52,958 bases of DNA from UHGV virus genome UHGV-0074814; one strand, 5' to 3'. Both the position numbers and the translations under genes were made by a program. This document shows positions 9,368 through 20,124 of this stretch, one piece after another (the stretch's first letter is position 1; each line of letters begins with the position of its first letter). Under the pieces are notes generated by a model. It was given only the letters and a program-made list of their open reading frames with translations. It searched no databases and was not told where the DNA came from. The stretch comes from a virus.

Positions 9368-10734
9368 TGCACTGGCACCTTCAGAGGGATCACCGGCACA
9401 AAGCCGGGATGCGTAATGGCATTACGCCGGATAATGTCCGCGTCACGCGCCGCGTTATCAAACCAGGTCGCCGCCAGCACCAGCGCGGGTAAAACCTCAT
9501 CCGGCGTGCGCTGAATGATCCGTGCAGACTGTTCAAGGCGCGTGTTGATATCCGCATTCAGATCTGCTTTCACCCGGCGCAGCGCCAGAAACAGCGCATC
9601 ACTGGTTGTACGGGACAACTCCTTATCAATTGCCGTATTCAGTGTGTCGCGAATGTCAGTCAGTTCTTCCCACGTCGGCAGGTCAACCGTGCTTTTCACC
9701 GCCGGTGCATTGTTCAGTGCCGGATGCGTGACGGAAGGCCAGCCAGTGCTCTGCGCGGGTGTTGTTGCCTGCCCCACTGCGGCATTCTGCATCACCGCGG
9801 AAGTTGTTGGCGCAGGCAATCGGGTAACGGCATACGCCGCTTCGCTGATTGCAGTCGTACGAAGGGTGCTGGCAACCACGTTACGCTGCTGCGTCGCCGT
9901 GGCGGTGGTTTTACTGTCCGTTTTCCAGACGCCGCGCGGTTGCAGATCGCTGCCAAGGCTGACACCAGAAAGCGTTTTGATCATGGTGACCAGGTCGCTG
10001 GCGTTACCGTAAAGGCGTTTCCCGGTACGCCACATTTTCTGCACCTGCTCAACGAAATTTTTGCCTGACGATGGTGGCGGCAGAAGTACCGAGATATCCC
10101 CCTGCAACAGCCTGGCCGCATCCGATACGGCAGAATCCACCACTTTCATCGCATCAGAAACATACCCAAGCATTGTGCTGACATTACCAACGACGTCGTT
10201 CTGCACAAAATCCGCCACGCCATCGATACTGAAACCGCTGAAGCTGTCACTGATGCAGTCATCCAGTGCAGAACAGGATGACATCAGCGTCTGCGCCGTC
10301 GCCGCACCTGATATGGGGTAAGAGAGCTCTCCTGCTTCGACAAACTTTAGGTCAAAGCGGACAATACGCCCTTCACTTTTCGATGTGCTGACCCGAACTT
10401 CCCCGTCAACACAGACTTTCAGCTCACCGTATGTCGGATGGACAAGCGTGCCGGGACCGGGTTTATTCAGCGCGTCAATCAGGCGATCGCGCTGGTCAAA
10501 GCAGTCATCTCCCACCACATAAGCCGTGATGGACGGGCGGAAAGTGATTTTCCCCAGGTCTTCGGTATAGGGTTTGTCGCGGTTCGGGTATTCGTGCGTT
10601 TCCACACGACGACCGGTTCCCGCACTTTCTTCTTCAACCTTAAACGGCACACCGCGAAATGACGCGTCCTGAAGTCTGTCTTTCCACGTCATATAAACTC
10701 CGTACATAAAAAATCCCACCGGAGTGGGACTCAT
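9364..10734 (-). CDS. Mu gpN-like DNA circulation protein (start may be internal, near MTWKDRL)
   Basis: 456 aa; follows tape measure gene; ASFRGVPF motif near N-terminus. Confidence 0.5.
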   Translation of the reverse strand: MSPTPVGFFMYGVYMTWKDRLQDASFRGVPFKVEEESAGTGRRVETHEYPNRDKPYTEDLGKITFRPSITAYVVGDDCFDQRDRLIDALNKPGPGTLVHPTYGELKVCVDGEVRVSTSKSEGRIVRFDLKFVEAGELSYPISGAATAQTLMSSCSALDDCISDSFSGFSIDGVADFVQNDVVGNVSTMLGYVSDAMKVVDSAVSDAARLLQGDISVLLPPPSSGKNFVEQVQKMWRTGKRLYGNASDLVTMIKTLSGVSLGSDLQPRGVWKTDSKTTATATQQRNVVASTLRTTAISEAAYAVTRLPAPTTSAVMQNAAVGQATTPAQSTGWPSVTHPALNNAPAVKSTVDLPTWEELTDIRDTLNTAIDKELSRTTSDALFLALRRVKADLNADINTRLEQSARIIQRTPDEVLPALVLAATWFDNAARDADIIRRNAITHPGFVPVIPLKVPVQ

Positions 10735-10752
10735 TAACAGATTAATTTTTCA

Positions 10753-12588
10753 TTACCTGCCAAAGCGCGTATAGCCAACATCATGGCTGACATCAAAACC
10801 GCTGGATCGCGTTTCCATAACCCGCATACCCGGAGGCGAATTCACAAAAGAGACCTTGATCTCACCATCAACTTTTGGCGCAGAAGCTTTGTTAATCATG
10901 AAGGGATTCGGGCCTGTGGCATCGGAGGCGTTGTTTGACTGAGCCAGATCTACCGCCGGATAAGGTGTGTATCCCCGCGCCGGTATTCCCGTCCCATAAG
11001 CATCATAAGCACCCGCGCCCCACTGCGCAGAGTTAATGGCATCGACCGTGTCACCGGAACTGTCGGTAAACCACTCAATAATTGGCTTCAGCTTGTCCCA
11101 CATATCCTGAAACCACTTAACAACCGGCCCCCAGTTATTGATCACCATACCCAGCGGCGACCAGGCAAAAACTTTCTTAAGGAGTTCCCAGCCAGCCTCA
11201 AAATAAGGACCAATGGTTTCCCAGAGTTTCTTAAAATAAGGTCCGACAACATCCCAGTTAGTGATAATTAATCCCGCAGCCAGGGCTATCGCCGTCGCAA
11301 TCATGCCAATCGGCGTCATCGACATAATCCTGCTGACAATACTGATGGCACCGCCAACGCCCATCAATCCCAGTTTCAGAATCGCAAGACCGGCAGCAAG
11401 CCCGACGACGCCGCGAATAACCCGGGGATTTTCATCCGCAAACTTCGTGAATTTTTCCCCCAACTCCCCCAGCCACTGCGTGATGTTTTTAGCGTCATCA
11501 GAAAATGCGCCACCAATAGCCGCAAGGCCGTTAGTTGCGGTCCCCGTCATTGCCTCCCACAGGTTGGACAGCGTACCAAGCTGTGCCTGAACACGTTTAT
11601 TCAGGCTGGCCTGTTTATTCATCTTTTGCTGGATCTGATCGTAACCATCCTTTCCTTTATCGATCAGCGCATTGACCACCTGAAGGGTTTCGGCATCATC
11701 ACCAAATATTGCCTTAAGTACACCTGTTCGCTTAACGTCGGTCAGTTTTCGCAGCTTTGTCAGTTGCTTAAACATGTTATCAAGACCGCCAAAACTTCCT
11801 TTGCTGTCAGTAAAATCGAGCTGTACCCCGAGTTTCTGGCGGGCCATGACTTTATTGACGTCCCTGATTTTCTTAACGCTTAATCCAGACTGAATAACTT
11901 TTCGCAGGGCATTACCTGCCGACTCCCCGTTCATCCCCATCTGATCCATCATGACGCTGATGGGGGCAAGGCTCTGGGCAGCCTGAAGACCGTCCTTATT
12001 CACCATCTTCAGAATAGAACTGGTTTTAGTGAAAAAGGACAACATGTTGGTATCGTCAACGCCCAGATAAAACGCCTTCTGAATTGTGTCGAACAGCCCC
12101 ATCATGTCTTCTGATGCCGTTCCGGTAGCATCCTGCATCTTTGCGGCAAACTCAGCAGCCGCTTCCGGTGTTTTTTTCAGTTGTATCGCAAGATAAGCCG
12201 TCGCTTTACCCACACCGCCAAGAATGTTTTCTGCCGGGATCCCCTGACGCACCAGCATCTGCATCATATTCTGAAAATCAGCCGTTGTGCCGGGTAGCTG
12301 GTTACCCAGGCCAATAGCCAGTTTATTGATGTCCTGAAAGCTCTTTCCGACCTCACCGTTCGCATCCATCATGGCAACTTTCAGCCCGGTGGCGGCGTTT
12401 TCCTGATCGGCATAAGATTTCAGGGAAAGCGTCAGACCCGCTGCCAGCCCGCCACCAAGCGCCAGCCCACCCTGTGACGCTTCTTCCGCCTGACGTTTAA
12501 ATCCCCGGATTTTCTTTTGCATTTTCGACAGTGCGGGAGAAAGCCTGTCGACACCGGTGATCAACGCCTTAAGCTCAAATTCAGCCAT
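10753..12588 (-). CDS. tail tape measure protein
   Basis: 611 aa, Gly/Ala-rich with C-terminal hydrophobic segments; located after tube and chaperone genes. Confidence 0.7.
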   Translation of the reverse strand: MAEFELKALITGVDRLSPALSKMQKKIRGFKRQAEEASQGGLALGGGLAAGLTLSLKSYADQENAATGLKVAMMDANGEVGKSFQDINKLAIGLGNQLPGTTADFQNMMQMLVRQGIPAENILGGVGKATAYLAIQLKKTPEAAAEFAAKMQDATGTASEDMMGLFDTIQKAFYLGVDDTNMLSFFTKTSSILKMVNKDGLQAAQSLAPISVMMDQMGMNGESAGNALRKVIQSGLSVKKIRDVNKVMARQKLGVQLDFTDSKGSFGGLDNMFKQLTKLRKLTDVKRTGVLKAIFGDDAETLQVVNALIDKGKDGYDQIQQKMNKQASLNKRVQAQLGTLSNLWEAMTGTATNGLAAIGGAFSDDAKNITQWLGELGEKFTKFADENPRVIRGVVGLAAGLAILKLGLMGVGGAISIVSRIMSMTPIGMIATAIALAAGLIITNWDVVGPYFKKLWETIGPYFEAGWELLKKVFAWSPLGMVINNWGPVVKWFQDMWDKLKPIIEWFTDSSGDTVDAINSAQWGAGAYDAYGTGIPARGYTPYPAVDLAQSNNASDATGPNPFMINKASAPKVDGEIKVSFVNSPPGMRVMETRSSGFDVSHDVGYTRFGR

Positions 12589-12729
12589 GTGTGCGTTTCT
12601 CCTGCTCTATCCTGTTTGCCTGACTGACCAGTAAGGGAATTTCACTGATCGGCATATTCAGCAATTCGAAGGGATTAATGCGCCAGTAGCTGGCGCAGTC
12701 AAAGAAGCGATCAGTGAGGTATTCAGCCG

Positions 12730-12999
12730 TCAGGCCTGGAGGAAAAAACCGGCCACAAGCCACGCCGCCGCATTCAGATCTGCGGGAGACATCTGGTCGA
12801 CAGAGCTTTGCGGCACTTTCGCCAGCCGCACAATGTATTTCGACACCACATGCGCCAGAAGTCTGACGGACTCATCCTGATTCATCTGGTAGGGATACCC
12901 CAGCTCGCGGACATCCTTCCCGGTGGGCTCATCAAACTCCAGTACGGAGAGTGTCTCGCCATGAGCAGTAATCGATTTCTTTAACTCAAGCTCTTTCAT
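12730..12999 (-). CDS. tail assembly chaperone (Mu gp41-like)
   Basis: 89 aa ORF between tube and tape measure genes. Confidence 0.4.
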   Translation of the reverse strand: MKELELKKSITAHGETLSVLEFDEPTGKDVRELGYPYQMNQDESVRLLAHVVSKYIVRLAKVPQSSVDQMSPADLNAAAWLVAGFFLQA

Positions 13000-13355
13000 T
13001 ACTGGTAATCCCCTTCTTCACCGTGGAACTCAATATCGACCGTGCCTTCTTCGGCATTATGGTTCGCTTCGCCGTGCAGCCAGGCAGACGACAGTACATA
13101 GACCTGACCGTTCGCCAGCTCGGCAGTGATGGTCATCTCATCAGACGAGGTGATTTTGCTCACCGGAAAATTCTTCGGCACCTTGAAGGTCCCTTTAACA
13201 TAAGGCGCACGGTGAGTTTCCTTGCGGTCCACTGAACCATCCAGGCCGATGATGTCATCATTGACCGTCCTGTTCATGGGCACCTCAATGCCGCCGGTCA
13301 GCGATAGCTGCTGACCGTCAATTTTGAAATAACAGGTTCCCCCGATACGGGCCAT
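12999..13355 (-). CDS. tail tube protein
   Basis: 118 aa, immediately downstream of sheath gene. Confidence 0.6.
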   Translation of the reverse strand: MARIGGTCYFKIDGQQLSLTGGIEVPMNRTVNDDIIGLDGSVDRKETHRAPYVKGTFKVPKNFPVSKITSSDEMTITAELANGQVYVLSSAWLHGEANHNAEEGTVDIEFHGEEGDYQ

Positions 13356-14851
13356 TATGCAGACTCCTCTGAATACTGAAGACGGAACTGATTAACCACG
13401 GCAAAGACACGCAACTGGTTAACATAGTCAGGCGGGAACAGCGTATTCAGGCGGTTCGGATCGCTGGCATCACGCTCCACAACCAGGTACTGCTTAAAAA
13501 GTTCGTAGTTTTCCACGATCCCCGCACGCTCAAGCTGACGGTAGGTTGCCAGCAGTTCCCCTTTGATCACCGCCGGGGTGACAATCGCCTGACCGGGACC
13601 AAAGCGGGTACCGTCGCTGGCAAGCTTGTGACGCCCGTACTTACTGGTAATGACGGATTTCAGTTTGCGCAGTACATACGCACTGGTATGCAGCGTCTCG
13701 CTGTCGAGGTAGCTGTTATCCGCAACCCCGTAAGCGTTTTTCCTGTACGTGGTGACATCACGCTGAATGCGCAGCACCCCGCTTTCGACATACGCCGTTG
13801 CCACGCCATGAGACAGCAGGGTCTGCTGCTCGGTCATCGTGAACCGTTTCCCCTTCGGCGCAGGCAGCATACCCACCAGCTCACCGGTCTGCGTGGGACG
13901 TGCAGGATCGTTGCGAATAAACACCGCTGCGCGGGCGGTACGGCTTGCCGCCAGCTCGTCGGCAGGCGTCTGGGTGTCTTTTTCGTACCCCGCCAGGGTA
14001 ATGTGCTGCTGGTTAAACTGGTCACCTGCGGTCACCAGTTCTGACAGCGTGCCGATCTTTGCCGTATACACATGACCATACAGCTGACGCGCATAGCTCC
14101 AGCGACCGCTGGTATCGTTCATCTCGGTCACCAGCGTGTTAACGGAGCCCGTGTCGTTGAACGGCAGGCCGATATAATCAAACGGCTCATCCGCCATTGC
14201 AGCCACCGCGCCGGTGAGAACCGGAGCGCCCGTTCCGGCGGTCCCCGTCGCCACGGCAATCTGTACGCCCGCTGGCAGCACTTCGCCCCCACCAAAGCCG
14301 TAGTAATTGAGGCTGACAGGAATTTCATTCCCGCAAAGCCCCTTATGACGCGCGGTCAGTGTGACCACGCCAGCCGAAGATGAGGCCGTAAACGGCAGGG
14401 CCGGAACGGCATTGATGGCATCCTGGATACTGCTGGCAATCGTCGCGACGTTATCGCCGTTGGTCACCGATGCCTGCACGCGGGTACGTCCCACATAAAC
14501 ATTCACCGTGCCGGTTTCGGTTGCCGCCCCGGTCACCGTCAGCGTAACCGTTGCCGCCGCGCCTGTGGCTTCCGGAACGGCAATCACATACAGCTCGCCA
14601 AACGGGTCAGTCTGGCGATAAGCCTCGACCATACGCGCCAGCTGACTTCCCGCACCACAAATCTGGCGTGCATAGTCTGCCGACGGCATCAGCACCAGAC
14701 TGTTGGCAACAATCTCTGTACCGTTATTGGCGTGACCAATCAGCAACGATGCCCCGCTGTCCTGTGCAGTATTCGCCGCCTGGTTATCCATTTCCGCATA
14801 AAACAGCGGAACCAGCGTATTCGACGGAATGGTGTTAAAGCTTATCGTCAT
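13355..14851 (-). CDS. contractile tail sheath protein
   Basis: 498 aa; position and size typical of Mu L-type sheath. Confidence 0.7.
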   Translation of the reverse strand: MTISFNTIPSNTLVPLFYAEMDNQAANTAQDSGASLLIGHANNGTEIVANSLVLMPSADYARQICGAGSQLARMVEAYRQTDPFGELYVIAVPEATGAAATVTLTVTGAATETGTVNVYVGRTRVQASVTNGDNVATIASSIQDAINAVPALPFTASSSAGVVTLTARHKGLCGNEIPVSLNYYGFGGGEVLPAGVQIAVATGTAGTGAPVLTGAVAAMADEPFDYIGLPFNDTGSVNTLVTEMNDTSGRWSYARQLYGHVYTAKIGTLSELVTAGDQFNQQHITLAGYEKDTQTPADELAASRTARAAVFIRNDPARPTQTGELVGMLPAPKGKRFTMTEQQTLLSHGVATAYVESGVLRIQRDVTTYRKNAYGVADNSYLDSETLHTSAYVLRKLKSVITSKYGRHKLASDGTRFGPGQAIVTPAVIKGELLATYRQLERAGIVENYELFKQYLVVERDASDPNRLNTLFPPDYVNQLRVFAVVNQFRLQYSEESA

Positions 14852-15013
14852 CGGTGTTCACCTTTTTATTCACGCGCCGGATATCACCCGCGGCTTCACG
14901 GCGCAGCCAGTAGTTGTTCTCATCAACATTTCGCCCCTCGGCGGGCAAAAGGTCGCCGCGGGCAGGGTCAGGAACTGACCGCCCTTTAACAGGTTTCACA
15001 AACATGAAGATTC

Positions 15014-15574
15014 TCAGGAAGGAAGGGTTATTTCGGTGTGATATTCGATATCGCCGTCAGGCCCGTTACCGGGATCGAGATAATCAACATCAATCGCCAG
15101 CGTTCGCAGTTCATCCAGACTGTTCAGATCATCCTGCTGGCGGGTATCGTCTTCGGTCAGCTCGCTGATGACCGAAAAATCGAACTGATAAATCAGCTCA
15201 TGACGATTCAGATCCAGCAGCGTGCCGCCGTCATAGGTAATCGGGTTACCGCACGCCTCCGGGTTCCAGCCCAGCAGGGCCTTAAAGAGCATCTGCCGGA
15301 CATCGTCCACCACATCATACGAGGCAAACTGACCGCGCTCATCACGCCCGTTACTCAGTATGACAACCACGGAGAAACCCTCTTTCAGCTCCTGCCAGTA
15401 GTCGGTCTGGCTTTTGTTTTCTCCCGGAGAATCATCACCCGGTACAACATATGCCGCCGGGAGTTTCAGCTTTCCGACCTCCGGCAGATTTTTGAACTGG
15501 GCCGCGCCTGCAACCCGGTTTTCAAAATACGGACAGCGGGCACGCAGTGCAGCAATAACAGGCGTCAGTTTCAT
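15014..15574 (-). CDS. hypothetical virion protein (tail completion / neck candidate)
   Basis: 186 aa ORF between head-tail joining genes and sheath. Confidence 0.35.
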   Translation of the reverse strand: MKLTPVIAALRARCPYFENRVAGAAQFKNLPEVGKLKLPAAYVVPGDDSPGENKSQTDYWQELKEGFSVVVILSNGRDERGQFASYDVVDDVRQMLFKALLGWNPEACGNPITYDGGTLLDLNRHELIYQFDFSVISELTEDDTRQQDDLNSLDELRTLAIDVDYLDPGNGPDGDIEYHTEITLPS

Positions 15575-16077
15575 CTGTGTCGTCGCTCCGGCTTCAGTGA
15601 TTTACGCAATTCCCGCGCCAGAAAATAGCGTGTCCAGCTGCGGTTCTTTTCAAGCGTTTCCACCATGAAGTTATTACGTGGAGCCAGTCGCCAGCCGCTG
15701 CCACCGGATGCACCACGATGATGGCTGCGACGACGCTTTGCCCCTCGCCTCACACCATAGAACAAAAAAGCCGGATAAAAATCACCGCTGATACGGCGGT
15801 TTCCCTCTCCATTACGCTGGTTAGGGGCTATACGTGCCATAAAACCAGGGCGATGTTTACTGGCTCTGGGTACCATGTAACCAATCGAACGAGCCAGGCG
15901 TCCGGTCTGATAACCGGGGTTTTCACCCGGTGCCGACCGCGCACGGCGCATCACCAGCCGACGGGCATCACGCATATGACGCTGACCAATCGTGACAAAC
16001 GCCCGCCGGACACGGGCGCGGTTAAAGCGCATCTCCGCGGGCTGCTGAAAATCAACGTGCAAAAAGGAAGTCGTCAT
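15571..16077 (-). CDS. hypothetical head-tail joining protein (HK97 gp10-like candidate)
   Basis: 168 aa, Arg-rich; synteny. Confidence 0.35.
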   Translation of the reverse strand: MTTSFLHVDFQQPAEMRFNRARVRRAFVTIGQRHMRDARRLVMRRARSAPGENPGYQTGRLARSIGYMVPRASKHRPGFMARIAPNQRNGEGNRRISGDFYPAFLFYGVRRGAKRRRSHHRGASGGSGWRLAPRNNFMVETLEKNRSWTRYFLARELRKSLKPERRHR

Positions 16078-16462
16078 TGTTGCCTCCGTGACTCTGCCTA
16101 CATTCGCCCAGCTCCGTACACTCCAGCAGCAGAAAGCGCCGCGCCCCGTTCAGATCGCGCTGACGTTTCACCCGGTACACACTGTCACCGCAGACCACCT
16201 CATAATCAGCGGTGATCCCCCGGCGATAACGAATGGTGATGTAATGGGTGATGGCGTCCCCTGTCTGCGCGGTTTCCTGCCAGGTGGTGGCACTGGTCTG
16301 GATAACCTTCGCCCATGTCCGGAACGTAACCGGGTATTGAGGCTCCACGCCAAAGTTATCCGCGGGCATATCCACCCGCAGGCGGATCAGGACGCGTTTA
16401 TTCAGTTCACCGGGGTCCGGCAGAATGTAGGTTGCGCTGGTCTGCGCCTGACGAATTTTCAT
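16052..16462 (-). CDS. head closure / head-tail adaptor protein
   Basis: 136 aa; synteny after connector gene. Confidence 0.45.
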   Translation of the reverse strand: MKIRQAQTSATYILPDPGELNKRVLIRLRVDMPADNFGVEPQYPVTFRTWAKVIQTSATTWQETAQTGDAITHYITIRYRRGITADYEVVCGDSVYRVKRQRDLNGARRFLLLECTELGECRQSHGGNNDDFLFAR

Positions 16463-16782
16463 TGCGGAAAGTACCTGTACGGGCCGACAAGCCAGCCAAA
16501 ACTCTGCGGCATGTCGAGTTTCTCCACTTCCGTAACCGACGAGCGGTTTTCGTAAAAATGGCTGATAAGCATCAGCATCCCCAGACGAATATCATCCGGC
16601 AGGTGCAGCCCGTCCGGATCGCTGTCCGGAATGGTTTCATCCGGTGCATAGAGCTTCCGGTTCAGATACGTTTCCGTCCGCTTTTGTGCCGCACAGGCCA
16701 GCAGTTGCAGATGGCGGTCATCAGCATCGAAATCCTCATCCAGCCGGAGTTGGGCTTTAATCTCTTCCATTGTCAGAAGCAT
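16459..16782 (-). CDS. head-tail connector protein (gp6-like)
   Basis: 107 aa; synteny after capsid gene. Confidence 0.5.
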   Translation of the reverse strand: MLLTMEEIKAQLRLDEDFDADDRHLQLLACAAQKRTETYLNRKLYAPDETIPDSDPDGLHLPDDIRLGMLMLISHFYENRSSVTEVEKLDMPQSFGWLVGPYRYFPQ

Positions 16783-16784
16783 AC

Positions 16785-16985
16785 TCAGCCCTCTTTACTG
16801 GTCGTGGCTTTTTTCTCTTTTGCCGCTTTACTGCTTTTTGCACTGGTTCCGCGCTCTGCTAACCCGGCCTGAAGTGCAATCTCCTGCACCCGGGCAGGAA
16901 GCGCCCCGTCGTCATACTCACCGGCCCGAATGACCTCAACACGCATACCGTCCGGTGACCATTTCAGATCTTGTTTCAGGATCAT
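16785..16985 (-). CDS. small hypothetical protein downstream of capsid gene
   Basis: 66 aa ORF, translationally adjacent to connector gene. Confidence 0.3.
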   Translation of the reverse strand: MILKQDLKWSPDGMRVEVIRAGEYDDGALPARVQEIALQAGLAERGTSAKSSKAAKEKKATTSKEG

Positions 16986-17034
16986 GATTCTTCACCCGCC
17001 AGAACAGGGGGCGCGGTTCCGCGCCCCTGAGTGA

Positions 17035-18240
17035 TTACGCCGCTGCAATCTTCAGCAGTTTGATGGCCTGCGAATCGACCAGCATCCCGCCGGTGCGCTT
17101 GGTGGTATAAAAACCGACAAACGGTTTATTGGTGTACGGGTCACGCAGAATGCGGGTGCCGATACGGTCAACGATGGTGTAACCCCGTTTGAAGTTACCA
17201 AATGCAATGGCTTTCGCATCAGCGGCGATATCCGGCATCTGTTCGTTTTCAGCGATACCGTAACCCGCCAGAGAGGACGGCTGCCCCAGTTCCAGCCCCG
17301 GACGCCACAGATAGTTACCCTCGGTGTCTTTCAGCAGACGGATGGCAAACAGGCTGTTGTTGTTCATCATGAACTTCGCGCCGGTGCGGTGTGCCTTACG
17401 CAGCGTGTAAATCAGTTTGATAATGGCGTCTGCGGTCACCGCAGTCGCGTCGCCGGATACAATATGCTGAAGTTTGCCGAACGCCCGGACCTTATCGGTT
17501 TCATCCGTGGATTCATACGCCAGGAACCCTTTCGGCTTCTTGGTACCATCGCCGGTGGTAAAGGCAATTTCTTCCTGTTCGGCAAATTCGGTTGCCAGCT
17601 CGCTGTTGATCCATGCTTCCACGTTGAAAAAGGCATCATCCAGCATTTTCTGGGTGGCCTGCGGGTTACCGTAGATTTCCCCCATGAAAGGTTCAATCAG
17701 GCCCAGTTTTGAGGTGGCAGTCTGGGAGCGCGCGTCAGTCTCGCCAACCCATCCGGAAGCCGTGCCGCCCAGATTCACCAGTTTTTTGTAGTCGGAACCA
17801 CCAACGGTGATCACCGTGGCTTCCTGGCGCATCACCACTTCATCTTTCAGCAGGGTCAGAATGTTGCGATCCAGCGCTTCCGGCACGGCATAGCCGCCGT
17901 CTTCATCGGTGCCCACCTGTAATGCCTTGCGCTCCAGATCGCGCAGACCATCTTCACGGCCTTTACGCAGGAAGCCCACAAACGCTTCTTTATGCTCGGT
18001 GGTCAGTTTATTTTGCGCACCACCTGCCGGACGTTTCAGCTCAAGCAGCTCTTTTTCAAGATCGCTTTTGAGGTTTTCCAGCTCGCTGAGTTTTCCGTTC
18101 AGGGTTTCCACCTGCCCGGCAAGCTTGCCTTTTTCCTGCTCAATCGCATCCACGCGCTTGTCGTTCTTTGCTTTGAAGTCGTCAAACTTCTGCTGCAGCT
18201 CCTGCGCGACCTGTTCGACATCTTTAATATCAACCGCCAT
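17035..18240 (-). CDS. major capsid protein, HK97 fold with N-terminal coiled-coil delta (scaffold) domain
   Basis: 401 aa; N-terminal ~100 aa charged coiled coil then capsid domain; preceded by prohead protease and portal. Confidence 0.8.
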   Translation of the reverse strand: MAVDIKDVEQVAQELQQKFDDFKAKNDKRVDAIEQEKGKLAGQVETLNGKLSELENLKSDLEKELLELKRPAGGAQNKLTTEHKEAFVGFLRKGREDGLRDLERKALQVGTDEDGGYAVPEALDRNILTLLKDEVVMRQEATVITVGGSDYKKLVNLGGTASGWVGETDARSQTATSKLGLIEPFMGEIYGNPQATQKMLDDAFFNVEAWINSELATEFAEQEEIAFTTGDGTKKPKGFLAYESTDETDKVRAFGKLQHIVSGDATAVTADAIIKLIYTLRKAHRTGAKFMMNNNSLFAIRLLKDTEGNYLWRPGLELGQPSSLAGYGIAENEQMPDIAADAKAIAFGNFKRGYTIVDRIGTRILRDPYTNKPFVGFYTTKRTGGMLVDSQAIKLLKIAAA

Positions 18241-18254
18241 CGTATTTCTCCTGA

Positions 18255-18941
18255 TTAGAAGTTCAGATTTTTCAGTGCATTCAGTGCAGAGCCCACATCC
18301 TCAGCGTCGCGCAGGGACAGTGCGCCATAGCCCCCGGCCATGAATGCTTTGGCCTGGGTACGGGAGAGTCCGACATCACGCAGGACTCTTTCGATTTTTT
18401 TCTGTTCGGGGATTTCCCCGCGGGCCAGTGCGTTCTTGACGTCGCTGATCCGCGCCTCGTCGTTAGACGGGAACGTCACCAGGCTGACTTCCCAGAGGTC
18501 GATTTCTTTCAGCAGAAAGGCTTCTTTGCTCCGGTCGTATTCCCAGTCTTTCAGGACGTACCCAATAGAAAGGCCGGTTAACGAACCGGCCTTCATGTGT
18601 GCATGTGCGCGTTTTGCGAGGGGATCATCATCAATAAGCAACCGTCCCCTGACGTAAAGCCCGACATCGTCTTCCTTCATTTCGGTGTAAACACCGATGG
18701 GTTCATCCATGCGGTGCTGCCAGAGCAGCGCAGGTAACGCTTTTCTGTCACTCCACGCCCGCAGGGAAGCAGCAAATGCCCCGGACATCACCACATCATC
18801 GTGGCTGTCCTTTACACCAAAGACGGAGCCATACCCTTCAAACTCACCGGAGTCACTGACAGATTTCAGACTCAGCGGTACATCAAGACGTTGTTTCGTC
18901 TGCATTGGCGTTATCCTTCTGCTTACCGGCTTTACTGCCAT
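18255..18941 (-). CDS. prohead protease (HK97 family)
   Basis: 228 aa between portal and capsid genes. Confidence 0.7.
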   Translation of the reverse strand: MAVKPVSRRITPMQTKQRLDVPLSLKSVSDSGEFEGYGSVFGVKDSHDDVVMSGAFAASLRAWSDRKALPALLWQHRMDEPIGVYTEMKEDDVGLYVRGRLLIDDDPLAKRAHAHMKAGSLTGLSIGYVLKDWEYDRSKEAFLLKEIDLWEVSLVTFPSNDEARISDVKNALARGEIPEQKKIERVLRDVGLSRTQAKAFMAGGYGALSLRDAEDVGSALNALKNLNF

Positions 18942-20124
18942 CGGAGGGTTTCGTGGTCATGTTCATCGGTGTGAGATAGACATCCCCACCGGGACGCGGA
19001 TTCATATCTTCCAGGTCGCGGCAGTCATTGGGAGAGTAAATTCCCCAGTTAATCCCGGTGGCGTAGGCTTCAAAACGGGACTTCATATCCCCGCGCAGTA
19101 ACGCCCCGGCGTTAAATTTGGCGTAATAAACGCCCTGCTTACTTTTTCGTACCAGTCCGGTGTTGATCCGCTGTTCGATGCGGGTCAGATACGGCACCAG
19201 TGAATAGTTGATAAATCCCAGCCCCAGCTCTTCGATATTGTTGAAGGTGGCGCGATCGGTGTTCTGCACCATGTGCAACGGCACCCGGAACAGACGACAG
19301 ATTTCTTCAAGCTGAAACTTGCGGGTTTCCAGGAACTGGCTGTCCTCGGCGTTCAGCGCCATCGACTTCCAGTCCAGCCCCATCTCAAGGATCATCGGGC
19401 GGTGAGCATTGCCAAGCCCGGTGTGACGCTCCTCAAAATCTTTCTTCAGGCGCTCATAAGCCTGATCTGACAGCGTCTGCTCTGTACGCAACACACCCGA
19501 CGTCACCGCGCCATTGCTGAACAGTCTGGCCCCGTGCTCTTCGGTCGCTGCCGCCAGCGATATTGCCTCGCGGGCATAGGCGATGGGATTCAGCCCCACC
19601 AGTCCGTCCAGCGTCAGCGTGCGCACATGCCAGATATCCTCCTGGCTCAGTACATCCGTGGAGCCATCCGGGAATGTGACCTGATAGACCGGCTCCCAGC
19701 TACTGTTAAGCTTCGGTACCACACAGCCGGGATCGACGGGCAGCAGTTCAGCCACTTCGCCAAATGCTTTCACTTTGTAGGCGTAAAAGTTTCCCCGCAG
19801 GCACAGACAGGTGACCACCAGCTCCCAGAACTCCTGCGGCGTCATATAGCCATTGGGATGCGTGGAGATCAGCTTATGCAGACGTTCGCCAGTGGCTCTC
19901 TGCTTCAGGCTGCCGTTCAGGTGATACAGGTTGCAGGGCAACATCCCGACCGACTCCGCCAGCACCCTGACACAGGAAAAAACCGCCGTCAGTCGCATGG
20001 CCCGCTGGCTGCTGATCTGCTTTCCGGTATAGGTGTCGTAGGACAACCCGATAGCATCCGCCAGCTCTGCTGGCGTGGTCACCGGTGCGTCACTTTTTTG
20101 TTGAAATAATCCCGAAAAGAACAC
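18883..20124 (-). CDS. portal protein
   Basis: 413 aa following terminase large subunit. Confidence 0.75.
   Translation of the reverse strand: MFFSGLFQQKSDAPVTTPAELADAIGLSYDTYTGKQISSQRAMRLTAVFSCVRVLAESVGMLPCNLYHLNGSLKQRATGERLHKLISTHPNGYMTPQEFWELVVTCLCLRGNFYAYKVKAFGEVAELLPVDPGCVVPKLNSSWEPVYQVTFPDGSTDVLSQEDIWHVRTLTLDGLVGLNPIAYAREAISLAAATEEHGARLFSNGAVTSGVLRTEQTLSDQAYERLKKDFEERHTGLGNAHRPMILEMGLDWKSMALNAEDSQFLETRKFQLEEICRLFRVPLHMVQNTDRATFNNIEELGLGFINYSLVPYLTRIEQRINTGLVRKSKQGVYYAKFNAGALLRGDMKSRFEAYATGINWGIYSPNDCRDLEDMNPRPGGDVYLTPMNMTTKPSDGSKAGKQKDNANADETTS

Noticed and set aside
12581-12763. 60-aa ORF overlapping the tape measure start and the chaperone gene
   Set aside because: Overlaps two better-supported genes; could at most be a frameshift extension of the tail chaperone, which cannot be established by eye.
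13628-14383. Several 60-140 aa ORFs on both strands inside the tail sheath gene
   Set aside because: Fully embedded in a well-supported structural gene, Arg/Pro-rich as expected for out-of-frame GC-rich sequence, no ribosome-binding sites.
17389-18343. Plus-strand ORFs overlapping the major capsid and protease genes
   Set aside because: Antisense to strongly supported head genes; Ser/Arg/Cys-rich low-complexity translations.
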